Counted from the first letter of the stretch, positions 29,124-38,920 are shown. The stretch: DNA of 64,000 nucleotides from Anaerolineae bacterium (GCA_963675785.1 OY776562.1:1376001-1440000); one strand, 5' to 3'. Notes: generated from the letters alone by a model not told the origin. Program-made: numbers and translations.

Positions 29124-30554
29124 TTACTTGAGAACCAACGGCACAAAGACATTCACCCAGGCTTCATAGGCGCCAATGTCCACCCGGCCATCGATCACCC
29201 GCCCAAAGCCAGTTCCGCGCTGATCATAGAGCGGCGTACTGCTCACCGCCGGATTCCCCGCGTTGCGCGCCGGGCTGCTCGCCAACAGAGCATGTGTCCA
29301 AGAAGTCCCACCGTTATCCTGCAGCGCACCCAGCAGCGGGTCTTGCCCGGTTATATCGCCCGTGCTGCTAAACGTGCAGTTGCCCACATTCTCCACCAGG
29401 TTGTAGCCCAACGAGGTGACGGTAGCCGCTCCCCACTTGACGCAATCGTCATAGATCGGGTTTAGAATGCTCACATTATTGGCGATAATTGTATCCTGCA
29501 GGTACACATTGGCGGGTTGGTAGGCAAACAACCCGCCGCAATAGCCGCTCACCTCATTCACACTGGCAACGTTATTGACAATGGTCGAATGGGTAATCGT
29601 CATGGGCATGCGCACCTCAATACCGCCCGCATAGCCCCCAGCCTCGTTACCGCTGATGGTGCAGTTCACGATACTGGCCCCACTCCCCTCATCCGCCATG
29701 ATACCGCCCACCTCGGCGTAATCCCCCACAGCCGTATTATTGGCCACCAGGCAACTATCCAGAATCAGCCTCTCCCCTGGTGACCTGAAACTAAGTCCAC
29801 CAGTATGAGGCGCAGTATTGCCCACAATGCTGCAGCGCGTGAGGCTTGTGGGTGCATCGTACACATAGATGCCCCCTACCGACTCGGTAGCAGTGTTGTC
29901 CGAGACCTCACAATCCACCATGGTCAGTTCGCCACCGTAAACATAAATGCCGCCGCCCTGACTGCCTGTATTGCCCACCACTTCGCTATTGGTTAGGGTC
30001 ACCGTACTCTCATAGGCATAGAGCCCGCCCCCTGAATGGCTCGTGCCGGGGTCGTTATTCGTCAGCGACACATCATCCAGGGTCAAAGTCAGCCTGTCGC
30101 AGGCAATGCCACCACCGTGCGTAGCCGCACTCGTAACCCCCGTGATGGTCAACCCCGACATGCTCACCGTCGTAGCCGAGATCAATAGATTGAAAACACG
30201 ATCACCAAGTGCCGAAGCATCGATGATCGTTTCCTCGGCGCCCTGCCCCACCAGGTTCAGTGGTGCACGCACATCCAGATCGCCCGCTGCAGCGAAATCC
30301 TCATCGCCCACCAGCGACAGGGAAAACGTGCCGCTGGGCAGCGTAATCGTATCGATGCCGGGCGTGGCGTTGGCCGCAACAATGGCCTCGCGCAGCGAGC
30401 AATCGCCATCACAGACGCCGTCGTTCGTATCGGTGAACTTGGTCACAATGAGGGTGTCCGCTTGAACTGCACTGCCCGGCCAAGCCAGGCTTCCCAGCAG
30501 CAATAACGTAGCGGCGAATACGTACACTAGTGAATAAGGTGGCCTGTTGCGCAT
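29124..30554 (-). CDS. Paralogous CSLREA / choice-of-anchor Q surface protein
   Basis: Same architecture as 27213-28730, tail NVFVPLVLK; ATG 30554 behind GGAGG. Confidence 0.92.
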   Translation of the reverse strand: MRNRPPYSLVYVFAATLLLLGSLAWPGSAVQADTLIVTKFTDTNDGVCDGDCSLREAIVAANATPGIDTITLPSGTFSLSLVGDEDFAAAGDLDVRAPLNLVGQGAEETIIDASALGDRVFNLLISATTVSMSGLTITGVTSAATHGGGIACDRLTLTLDDVSLTNNDPGTSHSGGGLYAYESTVTLTNSEVVGNTGSQGGGIYVYGGELTMVDCEVSDNTATESVGGIYVYDAPTSLTRCSIVGNTAPHTGGLSFRSPGERLILDSCLVANNTAVGDYAEVGGIMADEGSGASIVNCTISGNEAGGYAGGIEVRMPMTITHSTIVNNVASVNEVSGYCGGLFAYQPANVYLQDTIIANNVSILNPIYDDCVKWGAATVTSLGYNLVENVGNCTFSSTGDITGQDPLLGALQDNGGTSWTHALLASSPARNAGNPAVSSTPLYDQRGTGFGRVIDGRVDIGAYEAWVNVFVPLVLK

Positions 30555-30736
30555 CTGGTTCCCTCCCAAATCGTCTTCTAAAAAGGCGAAACAGTTGAGC
30601 AGTACACCAGGGCAGCAAAAATCTCCCGCCTGCCAGTTGGTTATGTACAGTCTAAAAGATTATCAAGGCACTAGCAAGAGGAAGTGCACAAAAAAAGCGC
30701 CGCAAGAGTCTCCCCTTACGGCGCTATACAATTCCT

Positions 30737-31054
30737 CTATGAAGCGTTCCGTAATATCATCGGCACGTAAATCCAGTACACTTCCTCTGGCTCAGCCACC
30801 GAACGCAGCCAAAAGCCGCCCGACAGCGTGTACGCGCCACCTCCCCAGCTAACAGCATCGGGCTGTCCTGCTGTGCCGCGTAAAGTGTAGATGCCCCCGC
30901 TTAGCGTATCTCCACTACCATCTATATTCCGCCAGGAGAGATCATACATAGGTGTCGCCGTCGGCACAATATCCGCCAGTACAGGCACACTCAGCACCAG
31001 GCCAATGAGGAGCAGGGCCAGCAACAGCCCAAACCGCTCTGCACACTGTGTCAT
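30737..31054 (-). CDS. Small secreted protein (YTLSGGFW type), copy 1
   Basis: Signal peptide, W..IDG.G..LSGG.YTL.GT.GQPDA, GGFW, tail IYVPMILRN. Confidence 0.85.
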   Translation of the reverse strand: MTQCAERFGLLLALLLIGLVLSVPVLADIVPTATPMYDLSWRNIDGSGDTLSGGIYTLRGTAGQPDAVSWGGGAYTLSGGFWLRSVAEPEEVYWIYVPMILRNAS

Positions 31055-31066
31055 CGCTGCCTCCTC

Positions 31067-32089
31067 TCACCAGGTAACCGTCGCTACAACATCTTCGTGT
31101 GTAGACGTCAGAACCAGCTTGTATTCGTTGACGTTGGGGCAGGAGAGTGTAATGGAGGTGCCGACTGTAATGACTGTATCGGTCGAATTGAGCAATGCCG
31201 TGCCATGAACAGCGGTTCCATCGCCCGCCATCCCCACCCAGGCTATACGATAGTCATTCTCCGCAATAGAAAGCCAGGCCACATTGTCAGGGGTGCCAAA
31301 TACCTCGCCAATAGTAATCTGGCAGGTTTGAAAATGCGGGATGGTTATATCTGCACTTCCTCCCGGATAGGTGACAACATATCGAGCGACGCGGGCCATA
31401 TTGGCGGCGTGCAGGTTATCCACCGTATCAGCATTCCCGGCTGTAGTAGCTGTAGTTGCAGTAGTTGCAGTGTTTGCCGCAAGCGCAGTGGTGGCCGTAG
31501 TCGCAAGCGTAGCAGTAATTGCCGTATCTGCTGTAAGCGCGGTTGTCGCTGTATTCGCTGTCAGTGCCGTCGTCGCCGTGGCCGCTGTATCGCATGTGCC
31601 CGCCGAAAGGCTATACAACGCATAGGGTGAGGCAACAAGCTCTTGACGCCCCAGATTGGCAAAGCTCGCATCACTCGACCCCTTGGCCTGAATCCCCAAC
31701 CACCTGATCTCGTCGGTAAAGGCGCCGCTGCCAAAGTTCAGGTTGACCGAGAACAGCCCGTCTGTCACTGTCACCGTGGTCGAGATGGGCGTCCCGATCA
31801 TATTGCCGCCGATTGCCGAGTCGTACAGGCTAAAGATCATGCTGCATTCGTCAGTGACTGGTTCGCCACTGGCCAACAATTGGCCCTGATAGTTAAAGGC
31901 CGTGCTTAGCGCACTCGCCTGCACATCGATTGCTTCAGTCGCATTCCCCTCTTGGGCGCTAGCCCCACCGCCAAAAAGCGCCATGCACAGGGCCAACACC
32001 ACCACACCAACAAGCAATCGTGACCGTTCCAGCCCTCCTGTTCCTCTTTGCGAACTTGCTTCCTTGCACCTCGTCTCCACCAAGTCCAT
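31067..32089 (-). CDS. Secreted fibre-like protein with xxA triplet repeat, copy 1
   Basis: Signal/TM, FNYQGQL, GLFSV.L.FG, RQEL..SPYAL, 16 xxA triplets, NADTVDNLHA; ATG 32089 behind GGAGG. Confidence 0.85.
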   Translation of the reverse strand: MDLVETRCKEASSQRGTGGLERSRLLVGVVVLALCMALFGGGASAQEGNATEAIDVQASALSTAFNYQGQLLASGEPVTDECSMIFSLYDSAIGGNMIGTPISTTVTVTDGLFSVNLNFGSGAFTDEIRWLGIQAKGSSDASFANLGRQELVASPYALYSLSAGTCDTAATATTALTANTATTALTADTAITATLATTATTALAANTATTATTATTAGNADTVDNLHAANMARVARYVVTYPGGSADITIPHFQTCQITIGEVFGTPDNVAWLSIAENDYRIAWVGMAGDGTAVHGTALLNSTDTVITVGTSITLSCPNVNEYKLVLTSTHEDVVATVTW

Positions 32090-32324
32090 CGTATCCCTCC
32101 CCTGTCGATCCTGCAGAAACAAAAACACTCCCAACTAATTCTTCCTCACGGAATCAATCAGCGGGAGTGTTTATATCATCTGCACAGTAACCAGCTTCCG
32201 GGTACAGTATCGACAAGAAGAGAATATCTTGTCAAGTAAAAGAAAGGCTGCATGTTGGGCTCAACAGGTCATACGCACAAAAAAGCGCCGTGAGGGGAGA
32301 CTCACACGGCGCTGTATATATCTT

Positions 32325-32642
32325 CTACGAAGCGTTCCGCAATATCATCGGCACATAAATCCAGTACACTTCCTCTGGCTCAGCCACCGAACGCAGCCAG
32401 AACCCGCCCGATAGCGTGTACGCACCACCACCCCAACTAGCGGCATCGGGCTGTCCTGCTGTGCCGCGTAAAGTGTAGATGCCCCCGCTTAGCGTATCTC
32501 CACTACCATCTATATTCCGCCAGGAGAGATCATACATAGGTGTCGCCGTCGGCACAATATCCGCCAGTACAGGCACACTCAGCACCAGGCCAATGAGGAG
32601 CAGGGCCAGCAACAGCCCAAACCGCTCTGCACACTGTGTCAT
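32325..32642 (-). CDS. Small secreted protein (YTLSGGFW type), copy 2
   Basis: Differs from copy 1 by one residue. Confidence 0.85.
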   Translation of the reverse strand: MTQCAERFGLLLALLLIGLVLSVPVLADIVPTATPMYDLSWRNIDGSGDTLSGGIYTLRGTAGQPDAASWGGGAYTLSGGFWLRSVAEPEEVYWIYVPMILRNAS

Positions 32643-32654
32643 CGCTGCCTCCTC

Positions 32655-33677
32655 TCACCAGGTAACCGTCGCTACAACATCTTCGTGTGTAGACGTCAGA
32701 ACCAGCTTGTATTCGTTGACGTTGGGGCAGGAGAGTGTAATGGAGGTGCCGACTGTAATGACTGTATCGGTCGAATTGAGCAATGCCGTGCCATGAACAG
32801 CGGTTCCATCGCCCGCCATCCCCACCCAGGCTATACGATAGTCATTCTCCGCAATAGAAAGCCAGGCCACATTGTCAGGGGTACCAAATACCTCGCCAAT
32901 AGTAATCTGGCAGGTTTGAAAATGCGGGATGGTTATATCTGCACTTCCTCCCGGATAGGTGACAACATATCGAGCGACGCGGGCCATATTGGCGGCGTGC
33001 AGGTTATCCACCGTATCAGCATTCCCGGCTGTAGTAGCGATAGTTGCAGTGTCTGCCGCAAGCGCAATAGTCGCCGTAGTGGCAACAGTAGCGGTAATCG
33101 CCGTGTCAGCGGTAAGCGCGGTTGTCGCTGTATTTGCTGTCAGTGCCGTCGTCGCCGTGTCCGCCGTGGTCGCTGTATCGCATGTACCCGCCGAGAGGCT
33201 GTACAGCGCATAGGGTGAGGCAACAAGCTCCTGACGCCCCAGATTGGTAAAGCCCGCATCGCTCGACCCCTTGGCCTGAATCCCCAACCACCTGATCTCG
33301 TCGGTAAAAGCGCCGCTGCCAAAGTTCAGGTTGACCGAGAACAGCCCATCTGTCACTGTCACTGTGGTTGAGATGGGCGCGCCGATCATGTTGCCGCCAA
33401 TTGCCGCATCATACAGGCTAAAGATCATGCCGCATTCGTCGGTGACCGGTTCACCCCTGGCCAATAATTGGCCCTGATAGTTAAAGGCCGTGCTTAGCGC
33501 ACTCGCCTGCACGCCCACCGCCTCGGTCGCATTACCCTCCTGGGCACTTGCCCCGCCGCCAAAAAGCGCCATGCACAAGGCCAGTACCACCACACCGACA
33601 AGCAATCGCGACCGCTCCAGCCCTCCTGTTCCTCTTTGCGAACTTGTTTCCTTGCACCTCGTCTCCACTGAATCCAT
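32655..33677 (-). CDS. Secreted fibre-like protein with xxA triplet repeat, copy 2
   Basis: Near-identical paralog of 31067-32089. Confidence 0.85.
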   Translation of the reverse strand: MDSVETRCKETSSQRGTGGLERSRLLVGVVVLALCMALFGGGASAQEGNATEAVGVQASALSTAFNYQGQLLARGEPVTDECGMIFSLYDAAIGGNMIGAPISTTVTVTDGLFSVNLNFGSGAFTDEIRWLGIQAKGSSDAGFTNLGRQELVASPYALYSLSAGTCDTATTADTATTALTANTATTALTADTAITATVATTATIALAADTATIATTAGNADTVDNLHAANMARVARYVVTYPGGSADITIPHFQTCQITIGEVFGTPDNVAWLSIAENDYRIAWVGMAGDGTAVHGTALLNSTDTVITVGTSITLSCPNVNEYKLVLTSTHEDVVATVTW

Positions 33678-33916
33678 CGTATCCCTCCCCTGTCGATCCT
33701 GCAGAAACAAAAACACTCCCAACCAGTTCTTCCTTGCGGAATCAATCGGCGGGAGTATTTATATCGTCTGCACAGTAACCAGCTTCCGGGTACAGTATCG
33801 ACAAAGGCGCCATAAGTTGTCAAGTAAAAGAAAGGCTGCATGTTGGGATCAACAGGATCATACGCACAAAAAAGCGCCGTGAGAGAGTTTCCCTTCGCGG
33901 CGTAATGCATCACCCC

Positions 33917-34324
33917 TCAGCACTCCACCGACAAATCGGCCTTTTCCACCTCGGGTCGATAGGTCTTGATGGACAGCAAATGCCAGGTAACCCCCACCGC
34001 CACACCCAACAAAATCAGCCGTAGCCACCATTGCGACATAAAGCGCCACGCCGAGAGGCCGATGGTCAGCCACAACAGGGCAATGGTGCAAATCTTGTGA
34101 ATCAGGGGAATGCCTCGCCCCTCACGATAATTGCGCAAATACTGGCCAAACAAGCGATTGGTCATCAGCCAGTTGTAAAAGCGTTGCGAACTGCGCGAAT
34201 AGCACACCGCAGCCAGCAACAATAACGGCGTCGTGGGCAGCACCGGCACCACCACACCAATCAACCCCAGGGCCACACAAACCGATCCCGCAACAATCAA
34301 TAGATTTCGCTTCAAGCATGTCAT
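33917..34324 (-). CDS. ybaN: YbaN / DUF454 membrane protein
   Basis: LG.IG.VVPVLPTTP.LLLAA.CY.RSS.RF..WL...FG.YL. Confidence 0.9.
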   Translation of the reverse strand: MTCLKRNLLIVAGSVCVALGLIGVVVPVLPTTPLLLLAAVCYSRSSQRFYNWLMTNRLFGQYLRNYREGRGIPLIHKICTIALLWLTIGLSAWRFMSQWWLRLILLGVAVGVTWHLLSIKTYRPEVEKADLSVEC

Positions 34325-34407
34325 CGAGAACTCTACTTTCCATCAACGTTTTTCACATACTAACGAACTAAGCTGGGAAATGGCAAGATTCAACGCGTCC
34401 TCGTGCG

Positions 34408-35505
34408 CTATTTCGCCTCGCCATCTCCCTCGGATACATCCGCCTCCGTATTCCCCTCACAGAGATTGCCAACCAACATAGGCAATGTACCCTCCTTGAC
34501 CAGGAGGCCAATTTTGTTCGCTCGACACATATTGCCCTTCACAACGCTCTGCGTGTGCCCCAAACAGACTATCCCCTCCTCCTGATTTTCGTCGCAGACG
34601 TTCTGTATTACCTCTGGGGAGGCCTGCGTAATCAGAAAAATGCCAAACAGGCCATTCTTGGTGCAGATATTCGCTCTGGCTGTTCCACGCGTCTCATTAT
34701 AATAGATGATGCCCCCCTGCTGATTCTGAGAGCAAATGTTTTCTACCAATTCCGGCGCAGCAAACTCTATCAGATAAATCCCGTACGCTTTGTTTTCGCT
34801 ACACGTATTGCTCTGGGCAATGCCGCCAGCTTGCTGAGAATACGCAATTCCCGCTTGTCCATTTTGCAGGCAGGTGTTGTGCGTCAGCAGCGGCGCTGCG
34901 TGGCCCGTCACCGCAATGCCGTGGTTATAGTTCTCACTACAAACATTCCCCTGCGCCTTGCCGACTGCTTGCCCTTGATAATAGATGCCCGCCTGAACGT
35001 TTCCAATAGCGATATTGTCGAAAAGCTCTACAGCGGCCTTCCTACCCAAACGGGTTCCATCCCGCCCATTCCTTTTGAATTGCGAATCCCTTACCATGCC
35101 TTTGGTTTTACCAATGATCTGCAGGCCATCGCCATGATCGCTTTTCAGGCCGCTGAGGCCGCCGGCAAAACGACATTGCTCGACCTGCACTTGCGCGGCA
35201 TCTATCACCACCACGTCAGCCCCACGCTTCCCACGCATATGCGCCTCAAAGGTGATATCTCGCAGATGCACTGTTCCCCGGCAAGAAAATTTGAGCACAC
35301 GCCGTCCCTTGCTCGCCCTGACGATGGTCTTGCTCATGCCTGCGCCAATCAGCGTCGTGGGGCGATGAATGTGCATCCCTCGGCCTAAATCATATTCCCC
35401 GGCACCCAAATGCACCTCAGAGCCAGCCGGCGCCTTGCGCAAAGCATCGCTGAGCCTGTCATAGTCCCCCGTGCCATCTGCCATCACGCGAATGACCTTT
35501 GCCAC
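34408..35505 (-). CDS. Right-handed parallel beta-helix (NosD/PbH1 repeat) protein
   Basis: N-terminal DGTGDY..L.DAL, many N.C..N...GI repeats; GTG 35505 behind GAGGAG. Confidence 0.85.
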   Translation of the reverse strand: MAKVIRVMADGTGDYDRLSDALRKAPAGSEVHLGAGEYDLGRGMHIHRPTTLIGAGMSKTIVRASKGRRVLKFSCRGTVHLRDITFEAHMRGKRGADVVVIDAAQVQVEQCRFAGGLSGLKSDHGDGLQIIGKTKGMVRDSQFKRNGRDGTRLGRKAAVELFDNIAIGNVQAGIYYQGQAVGKAQGNVCSENYNHGIAVTGHAAPLLTHNTCLQNGQAGIAYSQQAGGIAQSNTCSENKAYGIYLIEFAAPELVENICSQNQQGGIIYYNETRGTARANICTKNGLFGIFLITQASPEVIQNVCDENQEEGIVCLGHTQSVVKGNMCRANKIGLLVKEGTLPMLVGNLCEGNTEADVSEGDGEAK

Positions 35506-35671
35506 AAAATGCTCCTCTGTCGTCTTTCTACAATTCCAAATATGCCGCCACATTATGGTTGTTACGAGTTGATTTTGCCAATCTGCTCCGTTATTTAACC
35601 CTAGACAAGAGAAGGAGAATTAATTCTACTAACAGTACAATGATGCTATTACTTTTCAGCTTGCTAATAAC

Positions 35672-35715
35672 AGCCTAGGATTTGCATACTTAGCACGAGG
35701 GTTTAGCCTCGTGCT
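35672..35715 (+). repeat. Family A element with first hairpin collapsed
   Basis: agcctagg-atttgcatact-tagcacgagggtttagcctcgtgct. Confidence 0.8.
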
Positions 35716-35782
35716 TCTCCTCACAAAAAAAAAGCCGCGAGAGCTTTTGCCCTCGCGGCCTCTGCCGTTCTTCTCTACTACT

Positions 35783-38491
35783 TTACCACCCGTAATATAG
35801 CGGTAGATACATACGAAATACCGTCGGTACAGGCGTCACCGTGAGCGTCACCGTGTATGTATCTGCTGAATCGTCTGTACCGTCATTGGCTTTGAACACC
35901 AGCACCGTATCGCCTACCATTGTTGGTGCGTAGGAATAGCTAGCCAAAGCCGTGTCATATCCTCCGCCATCGATACTCACCTGATACGTCAGACTCTCAC
36001 CGTTTGTGTCTTCAAAGATATCGGTGAGATCGAGTGTGTAGGCTTCTCCCAAAACAACCTGTGCCGTAGCATTTGCATCAACATCCGCTTTTCTGTCTGG
36101 CGGTGTATTTTCATACGTTATGTTAAATTGTGACGCCGCCACATTCGCATTGCCTGCTAGATCCGTGCATACGTCCGCTTCGATATCTACCGTAACATTA
36201 CCGTATGCCGATGGCGCAATATCCGCGGTGTATATCCTCGTCCCGGTAACCGTTGCAAGATTCGATACAGTACCGCCCGAAACTGTCAGATCGTTGATAT
36301 CAAATCCCGTAACGCTTTCGTCAAAGGTAATTGTTACTTCAAACGGAGAATTTCTTGTGGGGTCACTAGCGGTAGTTGTGATCGCAACCGCAGGCGCAAC
36401 ACTGTCATAATCGACACTGAACTGTGTCGCTGCCGTGTTCTCGTTACCCGCATCATCTACGGCTACACCCGAGGCAACATCCACCGTCACTTCACCATCT
36501 GCTGATGGCGTAACATCCACCGTATATACGCTGTCACTCGTAGCAGCAAAATTGGATGCGCTGCCGTTGCCTACCGTGATATCGCCAGACGCAAAACCTG
36601 TCACATCCTCACTGAATGTAAAAGTGACTGTAAACGACGAGGCATTCGTCGGATCGCTCTCGGAGCTCGTGATGCCGACCGTCGGTGCAGTTGTATCGTA
36701 GGTGATACCAAGCTGTGCAGCCGCTGTGTTCTCATTGCCCGCGTCATCTGTAGCCACGCCCGCCGCAACATCCACCGTCACTTGACCATCTGCTGATGGC
36801 GTAATATCCGCTGTCCATACGCTGTTGGCGGTAACAACGCTCAAATTCGATGCGCTGCCGTTTCCCACTGTGATATCACCGAGCGCAAAACCTGTCACAT
36901 CCTCATCGAACGTCACCGTGACTTCAAACGGAGAACTGTCAGTCGGGTCGCTTTCTAGGGTGGATAACGCTACGCCCGGCGCTGTCCCGTCATAGTCGAT
37001 GCTGAACTGTGTTGCCGCTGTGTTGTTGTTGCTTGCTGCGTCTGTGCACACGCCAGCAGCAACGTCTACCGTTACTGCACCGTCTGCCGCTGGCGTAATA
37101 TCCGCCGTATACACGCTGCCACTCGTGGCAGCAAAGTTGGATGCACTACCGTTCCCCACCGTAATATCGTCAACCGTAAACCCTGTCACATCCTCACTGA
37201 ATGTAAAAGTGGCTGTAAACGGTGAGACATTCGTCGGATCGCTCTCCGAACTTGTAATGCTGACTGTTGGCGCGGTATCGTCGATGGGATTTACAGTGAT
37301 GTCGAATTGTTGATTCGTCAGCTCATCCGTACCATCGCTGATTTTGAACACAAAGCTGTCCGACGTGGTGTCGCTGTCATCGTGCACATAGCGTATCTTG
37401 CCAGCTACAAGATTTGCCTGCGTAAAGGTAGGGATTGATGAACCGGGATTGTCACTATTTTCAAGCTGCCCGTGCGACGGGCCACTCGTCACCGTAAAGG
37501 TTATGGGGTCTCCATCGCCATCACTGGCCGAAAGCTCTGCCGTGGTAATGCTCGCCGTTGCACCTTCGTCAAGGGTCAAGCCATTATTGGTTGTAATGGT
37601 CGGTGCAGCGTTATCGGCTAAAAGAGTAAAGCTAAATGCCGAAGGCGTGATATCATATGCGACATTGTCATCACGGGTATCCCAATTACTGAGATCGCAT
37701 ATCGCCTCTCTCAGTTGAGTGGGTGTTCCGGTGGTCGTAGAACCGTAGTATGTGAAGCAGTCCTCTTCATCCGGACCGCTTGCATAGACCCAGATCGCAT
37801 TGACGCCATTGGTTAGTTGATCTGGCAATGCAGATGTCTGAGCAGAAGTTGCAGAACCATCCCAGTTGCCTGTAGTTGAACCACTTTCGACATTGTAATG
37901 TATACCTGCGATCAAAGTTGGGCTGGTATGTGTGCCCTGATAAATAAAAACCTGATCTCCGGTATACGATGTCGAAGGATATGACCCAGATGTATCAGTC
38001 GAGTACGTCAATGGATTATCGTCAGTATCAATCCAAAGGGCCGTGCCAGGCGTAGCACTCAAATTAACAGATCCGGAACCACCAACTACACCGTTAATTG
38101 AGGTTCTTATGTACACAACCGTTCCGGCGCTTAGGGCACTACCCGCGGTCCATTTTATGAAACCATCTCCAATAGCAGGGTCAGGCACATAAAACCCCGA
38201 ACCATCGTTCCATCCACTATCGGTAATGTAAAGAATCGTATCTGCGGCAATATCTTTTAACAATAAAAATGAAAAACCATCATCGCCATCTGAATTCAAA
38301 CCAACGAAAACAATATCACCAGCGGAAAGCGTCGTCGCTGCCAGCACTGCTGTCGGGTGAATCAGAGAACAGCAAATGTTGGCCAGCATAATGATAACAA
38401 TCAATACTCGGGTTTTGCTGTTATTGGTTCGCGTAGAGATTCCGGATTCTTGTTTCATGTTTCCCATTTTTGAGTGGCTAAAACCATCCAT
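35783..38491 (-). CDS. Large secreted surface protein: N-terminal domain, cadherin/CSPG-like domain, four Ig-like repeats
   Basis: Signal peptide; FTQA.L.AG.I.YVHD..T.SDSF.F; four repeats of D.TAP.V.I...F..T.TFSEDVTGF...D.AGN.N; tail RMYLPLYYGW. Confidence 0.88.
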   Translation of the reverse strand: MDGFSHSKMGNMKQESGISTRTNNSKTRVLIVIIMLANICCSLIHPTAVLAATTLSAGDIVFVGLNSDGDDGFSFLLLKDIAADTILYITDSGWNDGSGFYVPDPAIGDGFIKWTAGSALSAGTVVYIRTSINGVVGGSGSVNLSATPGTALWIDTDDNPLTYSTDTSGSYPSTSYTGDQVFIYQGTHTSPTLIAGIHYNVESGSTTGNWDGSATSAQTSALPDQLTNGVNAIWVYASGPDEEDCFTYYGSTTTGTPTQLREAICDLSNWDTRDDNVAYDITPSAFSFTLLADNAAPTITTNNGLTLDEGATASITTAELSASDGDGDPITFTVTSGPSHGQLENSDNPGSSIPTFTQANLVAGKIRYVHDDSDTTSDSFVFKISDGTDELTNQQFDITVNPIDDTAPTVSITSSESDPTNVSPFTATFTFSEDVTGFTVDDITVGNGSASNFAATSGSVYTADITPAADGAVTVDVAAGVCTDAASNNNTAATQFSIDYDGTAPGVALSTLESDPTDSSPFEVTVTFDEDVTGFALGDITVGNGSASNLSVVTANSVWTADITPSADGQVTVDVAAGVATDDAGNENTAAAQLGITYDTTAPTVGITSSESDPTNASSFTVTFTFSEDVTGFASGDITVGNGSASNFAATSDSVYTVDVTPSADGEVTVDVASGVAVDDAGNENTAATQFSVDYDSVAPAVAITTTASDPTRNSPFEVTITFDESVTGFDINDLTVSGGTVSNLATVTGTRIYTADIAPSAYGNVTVDIEADVCTDLAGNANVAASQFNITYENTPPDRKADVDANATAQVVLGEAYTLDLTDIFEDTNGESLTYQVSIDGGGYDTALASYSYAPTMVGDTVLVFKANDGTDDSADTYTVTLTVTPVPTVFRMYLPLYYGW

Positions 38492-38689
38492 GAATTATCC
38501 CCCTTCGTCTGCGATGTTTGAGAAACACGGGCATTGTCCGAGCAACTCAATACCTATCTTCTACTTTCGCTCACTTTTTAGTGCCTATCCCCCTTCAAAC
38601 TGCCGCTGCAATACAGATTTGCCTGCCAAGAATAAAAATGGCGGGAAGAACTCGATCTCTTCCTGCCTAAACCCTTGGCATCTATACTG

Positions 38690-38810
38690 CCACCAGCCAA
38701 AACAACGGCGTCGTGGGCACCACCGGCGCCACCACGCCAATCAATCTCAAGGTCACGCAAATCAGCCCGCTGCAATCAGTAGATCTGATTGAAACGGGTC
38801 ATCGAAAAAT
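38690..38810 (-). pseudogene. Degenerate 5' fragment of ybaN
   Basis: aacggcgtcgtgggcaccaccggcgccaccacgccaatcaa... aligns with 34224-34330, with indels. Confidence 0.8.
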
Positions 38811-38864
38811 TAACTTCTTAACAATGTACCGCCACATACTACTGGGTTTATTAGTGATCGGCAA

Positions 38865-38920
38865 GGCCCAAGGCGTCGCCAAGCTTATCATAGTCTCCCG
38901 TGCCATCAGCCACAGCACTG
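38865..38920 (-). pseudogene. Remnant of the 5' end of the beta-helix gene
   Basis: Encodes VADGTGDYDKLGDAL versus MADGTGDYDRLSDAL in 34408-35505. Confidence 0.7.

Larger units (their letters stand above)
30686..33903. repeat. Tandem duplication, unit about 1588 bp (two genes + promoter + terminator)
   Basis: Homologous ORFs offset by exactly 1588 bp; gcacaaaaaagcgccg at about 30686, 32275, 33864. Confidence 0.95.

Noticed and set aside
31067-33677. Prophage tail-fibre region
   Set aside because: Proteins have signal peptides and there are no capsid, terminase, portal or integrase genes
30686-33903. Pure assembly artefact duplicate
   Set aside because: Copies differ by many synonymous changes and offset repeat indels; strain mixing cannot be fully excluded without reads
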